From positions 14,175-78,174 of the forward strand of contig CAZKPC010000002.1 in the NCBI GenBank assembly GCA_964554565.1: DNA of 64,000 nt. Reading direction: 5' to 3'. Below the pieces are notes generated by a model that was given only the letters and a program-made list of their open reading frames with translations, was not told the origin of the DNA and did not search any database. Made by a program: the position numbers and the translations under genes. Positions 37,042-46,051 of the stretch are shown here, one piece after another (positions within the stretch are counted from its first letter, which is position 1; each line of letters opens with the position of its first letter). The DNA is from an uncultured Halobacteriales archaeon (lineage in GTDB: Archaea; Halobacteriota; Halobacteria; Halobacteriales; Hikarchaeaceae).

Positions 37042-38034
37042 ATGAACGGGCGTCCGGGCGCCGTTTTGTTCCTCTGCCTGCTCATCTTCGCGGGCCCAGC
37101 ACTCGCGCATGTCCCAGCGTTTCCCACAGCCAACACGGCTCCGGACCGGGCGGTAACGGTAAACGATCCCGTGAAATCCTGGTCCTTCTACGACGAGTTG
37201 TCGGGTAATCAAACGAACTACTACCGCCTCACGCTAAATGGCGGGCAACGCCTGCGGGTGGGGACTTTCACCCCTGTTGCGGGCGCTTTCCGACCCGGCA
37301 TCGTCGTCATGAGCACCGCCCTTGACCGCCTTGGCGCCTTGCCACCCGGGGTCGAAGTCCCCGCCGATATGGGCTTCGTCGTGATCGATGGCCGACGCCC
37401 GCCCGCGCCGACCTATGAGCCGTTTGCCCCAGCCGCGTACTATCACACAGCCACGGTTTCCAGATCAGTCGACGAGGAGACGACCTTCCTCATCGCGGTC
37501 TACGAGCCTGCGAACCGCAGCGGCCCGGTCGGGGTGACCCTCGGCTATCGTGAATCCTTCACGCCGACGGAATACCTCCTGGTGCCGTTCTCACTCGTCA
37601 GGACCCACTTGTGGGCCGGGCTCAACCCGCTACTCGTCTTCGGTCCCGGAGCGGTCATGCTTATCGGCGGTCTGGCAGTGCTGCGCCGTCGAGACCGCGA
37701 ATTCGACCCGTCCGTGCGATCGGCCGGTCCGCTGATCGCTGGGCTGCTCATCGCCGGGAGTGGCGCTAATACGGCGATCCTGCAGGGGGTGGCACTGGCC
37801 AGGACGGGCTTCCAGCCTGCCGCACTCGTGACGTTGGGATACGTCCTCGTTCCACTAGCGGCAGGCGGATGGGTGATCGGTTGGGCGAGCCGCGCCGAAT
37901 CCGCTCTCACACCCGAGACCCGGGTTGGTCTCGCCGTCGCTGGCCTCGCCGGATTGGGGACCTGGGCGGGATTCATAATTGGCCCGGCAGTGGTGCTGAT
38001 CGCGGCGGTCTGGCCAGGGGAGGGTGGCGCGTGA
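37042..38034 (+). CDS. secreted/membrane protein of unknown function (signal peptide, extracytoplasmic domain, C-terminal TM bundle)
   Basis: MNGRPGAVLFLCLLIFAGPALAH signal-like N-terminus, then several hydrophobic helices after residue ~190. Confidence 0.65.
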   Translation: MNGRPGAVLFLCLLIFAGPALAHVPAFPTANTAPDRAVTVNDPVKSWSFYDELSGNQTNYYRLTLNGGQRLRVGTFTPVAGAFRPGIVVMSTALDRLGALPPGVEVPADMGFVVIDGRRPPAPTYEPFAPAAYYHTATVSRSVDEETTFLIAVYEPANRSGPVGVTLGYRESFTPTEYLLVPFSLVRTHLWAGLNPLLVFGPGAVMLIGGLAVLRRRDREFDPSVRSAGPLIAGLLIAGSGANTAILQGVALARTGFQPAALVTLGYVLVPLAAGGWVIGWASRAESALTPETRVGLAVAGLAGLGTWAGFIIGPAVVLIAAVWPGEGGA

Positions 38035-38161
38035 TCGACTCTGAAAGACGGCCGAGGGCTGGGAGACCGACACCTGACGGCCGGTTGGGGGGTTCGGCAC
38101 ATTCTACAGGGGGGTTGCCTCAGATCTATCAGCAACAAGCGGAAGTCTGGAGAGGTTCTCG

Positions 38162-38929
38162 ATGATTACGGGATTCCTCACCTCCGGGCTCACGAGGGAA
38201 CGCCTGGTCGTCTGGCTCGTTGCAATAGTGGCCGTTGCCGGCAGCCTGTTTCTCGGGTACGTCGGCACCCCGTATGCTGGGGCTCCCGGCCAGGTCGTCG
38301 AGGCGAGTTCCTCGCCCAATGTCACCGTAACAACACTCGATGGCGGCGGCTACCGGCTCGCGCCAACGAACGGCTCTGGCCATGGCGCACTGATATTCTA
38401 CCCCGGGGGCCGAGTCCATCCGAGCGCGTACGTCTCGGTGTTTGAACCGCTCGTTGCTCGCGCCGAGGTGACGGTGTTCTTGCCCCGAGCACCTCTCAAT
38501 CTCGCCGTGGTGAATCCGGGGCTCGCTCGACCGATTATCGAGTCCAACCCGGAGATCGATCGCTGGTACGTCGGCGGGCACTCCCTTGGTGGCGCGATGG
38601 CCTGTCGGTACGCTCGGGGAGCAGCGGACCGCTTGAGGGGCCTCGTGTTGGTGGGCGCCTATTGCGACCGCGATATCAGTGATACGGACTTGGATGTCCT
38701 GGTGATCCGCGGGACCAAAGACGGGGTGCTGAATTCTGCTGCGTTTCGACGTAACCGCCAATACCTCCCTGAGGAACGGACCGAGATCATAACCGTCGAG
38801 GGGATGAACCACACCCAGGCTGGGTCCTATCGGGGCCAGCCTGGAGATCGCCGGGCTTCGATCAGCTACGAAACCGCCCACGAGCACATCCGGAGCGAGC
38901 TACTGGCGTTCCTCGGTAAGACCCGGTGA
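38162..38929 (+). CDS. membrane-anchored alpha/beta hydrolase
   Basis: N-terminal TM helix (LVVWLVAIVAVAGSLFLGYV). Nucleophile elbow VGGHSLGGAMA. Confidence 0.8.
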   Translation: MITGFLTSGLTRERLVVWLVAIVAVAGSLFLGYVGTPYAGAPGQVVEASSSPNVTVTTLDGGGYRLAPTNGSGHGALIFYPGGRVHPSAYVSVFEPLVARAEVTVFLPRAPLNLAVVNPGLARPIIESNPEIDRWYVGGHSLGGAMACRYARGAADRLRGLVLVGAYCDRDISDTDLDVLVIRGTKDGVLNSAAFRRNRQYLPEERTEIITVEGMNHTQAGSYRGQPGDRRASISYETAHEHIRSELLAFLGKTR

Positions 38930-39455
38930 AACGCGGATCAGAAGGTTTCTCCATAGAGCTTTCAGCTGGATAGGGTTTTCACAATGTTCGGTAGCCGAAC
39001 CGTGGAGCACTTTGTCCAATCACGATTCCGATCCCGGGCAATTTCTCACGGTCAGAATCCAATATGGGTTCTTGGGTTGTATGGTAGAATGATATAGCAG
39101 TATATAGTTTATAAGTAGCCAGTGAGACAGTTCCAACCTATCACACATAGCACAACTATGGGTGTTTGACCGTGGTATTTGGGGGCCGCGTCCATCGAGT
39201 TCGGGAGTGGACGACGGAACTACCGAGCCGACAATCCGTATCCCGTGAACAGCTTAACCCACAGGTCGATCATTATGAGAGTATTGTGAACTATTGTTTC
39301 GGTAACGTCCGTTCGGAAAATCGATCGACCCAACCGCTTGACTCAACGGTCGATCCGGGAAGTAATTGCCAACGGCGTCAACTCTCTGCTGACCGATGTA
39401 TCACAAGGGCTATCGGGAGAACCGGTAATTGGAGGTTCCCGCCAAGGCTGATTCT

Positions 39456-39843
39456 ATGAATAAAGAGGACCTTTCAAATTCAAAGCGTGATTTCCAAGAG
39501 TTCGTCGCCGAACACGACGGCCAGGTGATCGGAGTCATTCGAATCGAGTCGAGCAACCAGGACTGCTTGAATATCAGTCGCCTCGCCGTCCCTCGGACTG
39601 GCAAGGTACGGGCATTCGCAGCGCCCTGATGGATCGCGTCGAGCAGTTTGCCTGAGACGGAGGATACGCCGTCACCTGGTTATCGACACCGAATACACAT
39701 CCACACCCCTCAAAATTCTATCAGGACGTGGGTACTCGATCGCCGGCGACTATTCGTTAGGTTATCGCGAGTACCATGAGATCGAGATGGGGAAAAGCCT
39801 GAATCAAGCCGCTGAAGCCGGGAACAAAGGTAACTCCAATTAA
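39456..39843 (+). pseudogene. decayed GNAT acetyltransferase
   Basis: Three frames must be joined. Part 1 is MNKEDLSNSKRDFQEFVAEHDGQVIGVIRIESSNQDCLNISRLAVP. After a frameshift near 39592-39598 comes DWQGTGIRSALMDRVEQFA, then an in-frame TGA at 39653-39655, then DGGYAVTWLSTPNTHPHPSKFYQDVG. After a second frameshift near 39731-39740 comes YSIAGDYSLGYREYHEIEMGKSLNQ. GNAT motif A (QGTGIxSALM) and the FYxxxG motif are recognisable. Confidence 0.6.
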
Positions 39844-40039
39844 GTGCACAGATTGGCTTCAACCAAGGTTGTTCTCGAACGTGTCGGTTCAACAAGATCT
39901 AAGTGTTCGGAATCCTGGTAATCTCAGCAGTAGTTATCCAATATTCTGGGCCAAATTCCTGTGACCACAATCTATGATAAGAGTCCTTATCCCAAAATTT
40001 GGGACAAGTTACTTATCAACAGAGGCAGAACCCGGGCTC

Positions 40040-40426
40040 ATGAGCGCCGAGGACCGGGTCAGCGTGAAAACACGGGTGCCCCAGTACCAGAAAGACGCCT
40101 GGCAGGCCCATGCGGCCGCGCTCGACATGAGCCAGAGCGAGTACGTTCGCACCATGATCCAAGCCGGACGGCGGGACTTCGAGCTCGAACCGCCGGAACC
40201 CCCATCGCGGGACGCCGACCCTGGGGGTAGCGGCCTCGAAACACCGGTGCTCGAAGTCCTGTCAGCCGACGAGTACCGGGACTTCGACGCGATCGTCGAT
40301 TTACTCACGGAAGAGATCGAGGACCTGATCGACGACACCCTCCAGGAGTTGACGGCAGCTGGCGAGGTCGAAGTCAGCGGACGGAAAGGGTATCGCCTCA
40401 CCGGGGGCAGCGATGGCGAGGGCTGA
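40040..40426 (+). CDS. ribbon-helix-helix plus winged-helix-like DNA-binding protein (island-encoded)
   Basis: VSVKTRVPQYQKDAWQAHAAALDMSQSEYVRTMIQAG (RHH). C-terminal LQELTAAGEVEVSGRKGYRL. The 3' end overlaps the integrase start by 14 nt. Confidence 0.65.
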   Translation: MSAEDRVSVKTRVPQYQKDAWQAHAAALDMSQSEYVRTMIQAGRRDFELEPPEPPSRDADPGGSGLETPVLEVLSADEYRDFDAIVDLLTEEIEDLIDDTLQELTAAGEVEVSGRKGYRLTGGSDGEG

Positions 40427-41450
40427 ATCACAACAGGGCGCCATCGAGTACTTCCTCGAGGACCTGACCTATCACGGCAAGAGCGATCGGACGCTCGACG
40501 CGTATGAACGCGTCCTGCGACGGTTCGAGGCGTTCCTCGCGGATCAACGGAGTGTAGAGGGGGTTCAGGAAGCGGACCGGCGTGATTGTCTCGCTTGGGT
40601 CCATCAACTACGAAGCGACGCCTCCCAGAGCACGATCGCCACCTACGCCTCGTATCTGCACCGGTTCTACGCGTACATGGTCCAAGTCGGCGAGTTCGAG
40701 ACGAATCCGATGACGCTGGTGATGGAAGAGCTCGATGAATCCATCGACAAGGATCCGTCGAGACGGGATATCTCGATCGAACGCATGCGGGAGTTCGTCC
40801 AACGGATCACGCATCCACTGGAGCGAGCGGTCGTCGTGACGCTCCTGAAGACCGGCATTCGGGTCGGCGAGCTCTGTAACCTCGACCTCAGAGACCTCAA
40901 TTTCGAGGATGGATTCGTCTCCACCGCTTTCGAAGCTACCCCGAGGGTGCAGATCCAGGAACAGCCCGACACGTTGTTCGTGGCGGCGGATATCGATCGT
41001 GGAGCCACGGTCAACGGCGAGGAACGGACGGCCGCCAACAAACGGAAACGGGACACGCTGATCCCCGTCGATCGGGAGTTAGCCGTGGCCCTGAAGCGGT
41101 ATCTGGCGATCCGGCCAGAGGCCGTCTCCGACGCTGAGCCCCTGTTTTTGAGTACCAAGGACCGGTGGGGTCACCGCATGAAACCCGAGTGGGTCCGGAG
41201 CTTCATCACGGACCACGCGCGTCGTGCTGGTTGGTATCGAGACGGTGGCGGGGCCGCCGAGAACGTCACCCCCCATTACTTCCGACACTTCTTCACCACC
41301 CATCTCAGGGATCGCACCGGCGATCGCGGCATCGTGAAATACCTTCGTGGGGATGTGGCCGACGACATCATCGATACGTACACTCACAACTGGGGTGACC
41401 GAGTGCGTGAAGTCTACGACGCCAACGTCTATTATCTGACACGGTTCTAG
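40413..41450 (+). CDS. tyrosine recombinase / phage-type integrase (XerC/D-like)
   Basis: N-terminal SAM-like domain (RTLDAYERVLRRFEAFL). Catalytic residues appear intact: TGIRVGEL (Arg), TPHYFRHFF (HxxR) and IIDTYTH (Tyr). Confidence 0.9.
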   Translation: MARAESQQGAIEYFLEDLTYHGKSDRTLDAYERVLRRFEAFLADQRSVEGVQEADRRDCLAWVHQLRSDASQSTIATYASYLHRFYAYMVQVGEFETNPMTLVMEELDESIDKDPSRRDISIERMREFVQRITHPLERAVVVTLLKTGIRVGELCNLDLRDLNFEDGFVSTAFEATPRVQIQEQPDTLFVAADIDRGATVNGEERTAANKRKRDTLIPVDRELAVALKRYLAIRPEAVSDAEPLFLSTKDRWGHRMKPEWVRSFITDHARRAGWYRDGGGAAENVTPHYFRHFFTTHLRDRTGDRGIVKYLRGDVADDIIDTYTHNWGDRVREVYDANVYYLTRF

Positions 41451-41907
41451 ACTAAAGCGGTTGCTTTTGTTGGCACAGTGGCCATTCATTGCCGTCGGAA
41501 ACAAACCTCGTAAATCGTATATTGCTATATTGAACTAAGGTCCCTGTCTCGATGCGAGTTTCCCAGGAACCACCCCCTGACGTGAGGCTATCGCTTCTAT
41601 TCCGGGTCGCCTAATCAGCCGAAATCGGGAGTCGGAGACAACGAAAACGTTCAGAGAAGAGAACCTCGTTCTCCAACAATTCTACTCTGGGAAGATGCTG
41701 CATTGAATGCAAAACACCGTAATCATCACTGAGTCACCAGACGTCAGGGAGCACCCCTGCCGTAATGTACACAAAGGACAGGAAGTCGCGCCAATTCATC
41801 GGCAAAATCCTACTCCGACTCCGTCGGCAGCCTGTACTGGGTTCAATCGCGACGACCGAGTACCCGAAATGGGAAGACTGACCTGTCCACCGACCTGTGA
41901 GAGAGTA

Positions 41908-42615
41908 ATGAATAACTCCGCGGAGTCTGCGGATCCGGGGTACTCCTTTGATGACGTCTCCGTCGTGATGGGCACCTACAACGAGTCCGCGGCGATCGGG
42001 ACCGTGTTGGAAGATATCGGGTCTGCCACCGCGGGCCGCGCAGACGTGATATGTGTCGACAGTTCCGACGACGGTACCGCAGCGATCGCTCGCGACCAGG
42101 GGGCCACGGTCATCGAACAGGAACCACAGGGGTACGGCGTCGCCGTCCACCGTGCCATCAAGGCCGCGGACAGGCCGGTAGTTGTGACGACGGACTGCGA
42201 CGACACCTACCCGATGGAACGGCTCCCGGACTTCATAGACGCGATCAACGCCGGATACGACGTGGTTTCGGGGGATCGGCTCACTCGTGGCGCGAAGACG
42301 ATGCCCAGGTTCAATCGGTTCGGGAACCAGGTGTTTGCGGGCTTGGCGACGCTGCTGTGTGGTCGCCGGGTCCATGACACGACCACGGGGATGCGAGCCT
42401 ATCGGCGGGAGGTCATCGACGCTATCGAGTGGACCGAGAACACCGGCCTCTCCGCCGAGTTGTTGCTCCGGCCGCTGCTGCGTGGCTACGCGGTCACGGA
42501 GCTCCCCATCGAATACCGGGAACGGCTCGGCGAGACCACGCTGGATCCGATCGAAGGCGGCCTCGCGATCGCCGGTTCGATCCTGAAGGTCTGCGTGCAG
42601 GAACGGCTCCGATAA
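41908..42615 (+). CDS. GT2 glycosyltransferase, polyprenol/dolichol-phosphate-sugar synthase-like
   Basis: VSVVMGTYNESAAIGTVLEDI...DSSDDGTAAIA...TDCDDTYP (DxD)...VSGDR...HDTTTGMRAYRRE. Start trimmed from ORF 41707 to the ATG at 41908. Confidence 0.85.
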   Translation: MNNSAESADPGYSFDDVSVVMGTYNESAAIGTVLEDIGSATAGRADVICVDSSDDGTAAIARDQGATVIEQEPQGYGVAVHRAIKAADRPVVVTTDCDDTYPMERLPDFIDAINAGYDVVSGDRLTRGAKTMPRFNRFGNQVFAGLATLLCGRRVHDTTTGMRAYRREVIDAIEWTENTGLSAELLLRPLLRGYAVTELPIEYRERLGETTLDPIEGGLAIAGSILKVCVQERLR

Positions 42616-42633
42616 ACCCTATTCTGCTGTACG

Positions 42634-43740
42634 TTACCGGGCCGGGTACCAGGCCAGGGAGTGGTCTGCCGCGAGCTCGACGGTGACCGGTTGGCCCACC
42701 GACATCGACGTCACGTGGTTGTGCTGGCAGTGCACGATGTCGCCGTTGCCCAGCTCCACCCGGTACACGAAGTTCGGCCCGTTGTATTGGCGGTGGATGA
42801 TCGAGCCGTTCGCCTCAGCAGGCGAGGCGGCCCGGGCGCGGAGGTCATCCGGGCGCACGAGGACGTCGATGTCCGCTCCATCGTACTCCGACGTCAAACC
42901 CTTCAGCCGGTCGTCGTCGTAGTTGCCAAGCGCCGTATGCAGCGTCCCGTCGTCCACGCGGGCCGACAGGAAGGAGGCCTGTCCGAGGAACCCGGCGACG
43001 AACCGGGAGCGTGGGTGTTCGAACACCTCCTCGGGCCGGCCGACTTGTTCGAGATGCCCCTCATGCATGACCGCCACACGATCGGAGATCGAGAGCGCCT
43101 CTTCCTGGTCGTGGGTGACCGAGACCGTGGTCACGCCGGCCGCTTTGAGGATCCGGCGCACCTCCTCCCGCATTTCGACCCGCAGCCGCACGTCGAGGTT
43201 CGAGAACGGTTCATCGAGCAAGAGGATCGCGGGTTCCGGCGCTAATGACCGGGCGAGGGCCACACGCTGCTGTTGGCCGCCCGAGAGCTGGTCGGGCATC
43301 CGGTCACGGTAGCTCTCGAGCCCGACAAGATCGAGGAGCTCATCGACTCGCTCCGTTGTCGCCGCCTCGTCCCGATCGGTCAGCCCGAACGCGATGTTCT
43401 CCTCGACCGAGAGGTGGGGAAAGAGGGCGAAGTCCTGGAACACGATGCCGACGCCTCGATCCTCCGGGTCCACGAACCGGGAGCCGTCCGCCACGACATC
43501 GCCGTTGATGCGAATGGTCCCCTTTGAGGGCCGTTCGAGCCCCGCGAGAAGTCGGAGGGTCGTCGTCTTGCCACAGCCTGACGGCCCGAGCAGCGTGAGC
43601 AGTTCGCCCTCCGCCACGGTCAGATCCAGGCTGTCAACCGCGGTTTCGGCCCCGAAGCGCTTCGTGATGTCCTCGAGCTGCAGAACCGGCTCACCGGTGG
43701 GCTCGGCAGCCGCGTCGGGGCCGGTATCAGATTTGGCCAT
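42634..43740 (-). CDS. ABC transporter ATP-binding protein (FbpC/PotA type)
   Basis: Walker A GPSGCGKTT, signature LSGGQQQRVALARSL, Walker B ILLLDEP, and a C-terminal TOBE-like domain. Confidence 0.9.
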   Translation of the reverse strand: MAKSDTGPDAAAEPTGEPVLQLEDITKRFGAETAVDSLDLTVAEGELLTLLGPSGCGKTTTLRLLAGLERPSKGTIRINGDVVADGSRFVDPEDRGVGIVFQDFALFPHLSVEENIAFGLTDRDEAATTERVDELLDLVGLESYRDRMPDQLSGGQQQRVALARSLAPEPAILLLDEPFSNLDVRLRVEMREEVRRILKAAGVTTVSVTHDQEEALSISDRVAVMHEGHLEQVGRPEEVFEHPRSRFVAGFLGQASFLSARVDDGTLHTALGNYDDDRLKGLTSEYDGADIDVLVRPDDLRARAASPAEANGSIIHRQYNGPNFVYRVELGNGDIVHCQHNHVTSMSVGQPVTVELAADHSLAWYPAR

Positions 43741-43864
43741 CCTGGTCTCCGGGGCTGTCCGGCGCTGCCGCAGTCCGGACGTTTAGCACAGCAATCTGGG
43801 GCGGGCCGGCCATAAGAGCGACCCGGTTCGACCCGCTGTTCGTTCCGCCGAAACCGGCCATAGG

Positions 43865-45472
43865 TTACCTCGCCAGTTCGGCCTCGATGGCGTCGGCGGC
43901 CTTCAACGCCAGCGCGCCGATAGTCAGTGTCGGGTTCATGGCGCCGCCGGTCACGAACACCGACGACGAGGCGATCGTCAGGTTCCCGAGGTCGTGCGTG
44001 CGAAGTCGGCGGTCGACGACCGAGGTCTCGGGGTCGGCGCCCATGCGGGTCGTCCCCATCTGATGGAACGCCGGGCCGGTGTCTTCAGGACCCACGGTCC
44101 AGGTGATCTCGGCGCCCAGTTCCTCGAGGATCCGGCGTTGGATCTCGTTCGCCCGTCTGATCGTCGCTTTCGCTCGCTCGTCGATGGTCCAGTCGATCGC
44201 CGGGACCGGATTCCCGTGCTCGTCCGTCCGGTCCGGATCGAGGGTCACGCGATTGTCCGCGCGCGGAAGCTGCTCCACGAGACCGCCGATCGCGATGCTC
44301 CGGCCGTACGTATCACGTAACCGCTCCAGGAGCGCGTCCCCCCACTCGTCGCCGTCGAGGGCGAGCTCGACGGGGGACGGGCCGGCGTAGTTGAAGAACT
44401 CCAGTTTGATGCTGTCGATATCGGGGTCATCGGGGTCGCAGAACTGGTGTGATTCGGAGGTGTTGAACCCGATGTGGTTCTGTCGGGTGGGCTCATCGAG
44501 TACGCCGCCCGCCCCGGCGAAGAGGTGATCGAAGAAGTACCGGCCGACGAGGCCGGAGGAGTTCGCCAGGCCGTCCGGATAGGTCGGCGAACGGGACAAC
44601 AGCAGCAGCCGCGGCGTCTCTACGCCGCCCGCCGCAAGAACGAACTGTCTGGCGAGTTGGCGATGGGTCGTCCCGTCGGGCGTCTCGTAGACCGCTGCGG
44701 TGACGTGCTCCCCGGCTTCGTCGTGTTCGAACCGCTGGACGGGAACCCGGTCGAGGACTCTGGCGCCGTCGGCCTCCGCTCGCTCGATATGCCGGGTCGC
44801 GTCGTATTTCGCGCCCGACGGACAGACCGGTTGGCAGGTGCCGTACCCGACGCAGGCGCTCCGGCCGGCGTGTGGCTCCGAGTTGCGGGCGTTGGGCACC
44901 GAGTGGGTCGCGATGCCGAGACGTTCACAGGCCGCCGCGAACAGCCCGTCGCTGTAGGAGGGTGGGAACGCGGGCAGCGGATGCGGAGTGTCCCGCGGTG
45001 GGGCGAACGGGTTGTCATCGGCCCCGGCCACGCCGAACTCCCGTTCGGCCGCCGCGTAGTACGGTTGGAGGTCGGCGTAGTCGATCGGCCAATCCGCGGC
45101 GAGCCCGCGGCGGCTCGCGTAATCGAAGTCGGCTTCGTGCAGCCGCATGACCATGCCCTGCCAGTGGAGCGACGTGCCGCCGACGCCTTTGACGCGGGCC
45201 CGGTTCAACGGATAGTGATTGGGACCGGTCGTGCTGTACGCGTCACGATCGCCGCCCATCCCCCAGACGGTCTCCGGTCCGTGGGCGGGCCGTATCGAGC
45301 GCTCCATCCGGGCCTGGCGCTCCGACGGGTCGAACCGGGGGCCGGCTTCCAGAACGACGACATCGAACCCGGCGGCGGCGAGCCTCGCGGCGACCAGCGC
45401 GCCGGCCGGACCGGCACCGACGATGCAAACGTCCGGATCGGGCGACGGCGTTCGGTCGGTCGGGTCGGTCAT
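43865..45472 (-). CDS. GMC-family FAD-dependent oxidoreductase (gluconate 2-dehydrogenase flavoprotein-like)
   Basis: VCIVGAGPAGALVAARLAAAGFDVVVLEAG FAD fold. C-terminal HQMGTTRMG...NLTIASSSVFVTGG, typical of GMC enzymes. No signal peptide of its own. Confidence 0.85.
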   Translation of the reverse strand: MTDPTDRTPSPDPDVCIVGAGPAGALVAARLAAAGFDVVVLEAGPRFDPSERQARMERSIRPAHGPETVWGMGGDRDAYSTTGPNHYPLNRARVKGVGGTSLHWQGMVMRLHEADFDYASRRGLAADWPIDYADLQPYYAAAEREFGVAGADDNPFAPPRDTPHPLPAFPPSYSDGLFAAACERLGIATHSVPNARNSEPHAGRSACVGYGTCQPVCPSGAKYDATRHIERAEADGARVLDRVPVQRFEHDEAGEHVTAAVYETPDGTTHRQLARQFVLAAGGVETPRLLLLSRSPTYPDGLANSSGLVGRYFFDHLFAGAGGVLDEPTRQNHIGFNTSESHQFCDPDDPDIDSIKLEFFNYAGPSPVELALDGDEWGDALLERLRDTYGRSIAIGGLVEQLPRADNRVTLDPDRTDEHGNPVPAIDWTIDERAKATIRRANEIQRRILEELGAEITWTVGPEDTGPAFHQMGTTRMGADPETSVVDRRLRTHDLGNLTIASSSVFVTGGAMNPTLTIGALALKAADAIEAELAR

Positions 45473-46044
45473 TCCTCGGGACCCTTTTGGTAACTGTCGA
45501 GGCCGCCCGGGTGGCCCTGCGGGTTCTCGAGGCCGAGGAGGGTCCCGCCAGTCGGCGACGCATAGAGCCCGTAGAGGAGTTCGTTCACGAGGAAATACCG
45601 CATCCGCTCGGCCGGAGCGCCATCCGGCGCCGCATCGGCCGTGTCGACCCCCGCTTCGCGCAGTAGGCCGTCCAGGTCCTCCGGGGCGAGCTCTAACACC
45701 GGGGAGTCATACCAATCCCGAGCGAGCCTATCTAACCGATCGGTGGACGCGGTAATCCCATCCGCGAGCGCGGGGCGGGCCGCGATCCGACCGTTCATGA
45801 AGCGCTCGACGAACGGGGTGATCCCTGAAACCGCCGACGGATAGATTACTTTCGCGATCGCGACCAGCGTTTCTATCTCCTGCTCGTCGTTCCGCCCGGT
45901 CGACGGGCTGTCCTCGCTGGCCCCCTGGACCTCGTCGCGGTCCCCGCGCCGCCGATGCGCCAAGTAAGCGGTGGTGCCACCGGCAGCCGACCCGATGGCC
46001 GCGAGGGCGGCGAGGGCGTCCCGGCGGGTCAGCTCTTGACTCAT
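45469..46044 (-). CDS. gluconate 2-dehydrogenase subunit-3-like small subunit with Tat signal
   Basis: MSQELTRRDALAALAAIGSAAGG twin-arginine leader. 4-nt overlap with the downstream GMC gene. Confidence 0.7.
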   Translation of the reverse strand: MSQELTRRDALAALAAIGSAAGGTTAYLAHRRRGDRDEVQGASEDSPSTGRNDEQEIETLVAIAKVIYPSAVSGITPFVERFMNGRIAARPALADGITASTDRLDRLARDWYDSPVLELAPEDLDGLLREAGVDTADAAPDGAPAERMRYFLVNELLYGLYASPTGGTLLGLENPQGHPGGLDSYQKGPEE

Positions 46045-46051
46045 CGGTGAC

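Larger units (their letters stand above)
38930..41907. mobile_element. AT-rich integrase-bearing island remnant (boundaries approximate)
   Basis: Composition drops sharply. I counted 20 G+C in 39061-39120 against 38 in 38521-38580. It contains an intact tyrosine recombinase, an RHH/wHTH gene overlapping it, a frameshifted GNAT and long non-coding stretches. I found no flanking direct repeats or tRNA by eye. Confidence 0.55.

Noticed and set aside
39166-39459. 97-aa ORF in the AT-rich island
   Set aside because: There is no acidic bias, no G/C third-position bias and no motifs. It lies in a region that looks non-coding.
38930-41907. att-site direct repeats or a tRNA integration target flanking the integrase
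   Set aside because: Reading both flanks by eye, I found no shared repeat of about 12 nt or more and no tRNA. This may simply be beyond manual detection, so the element boundaries are given as approximate.
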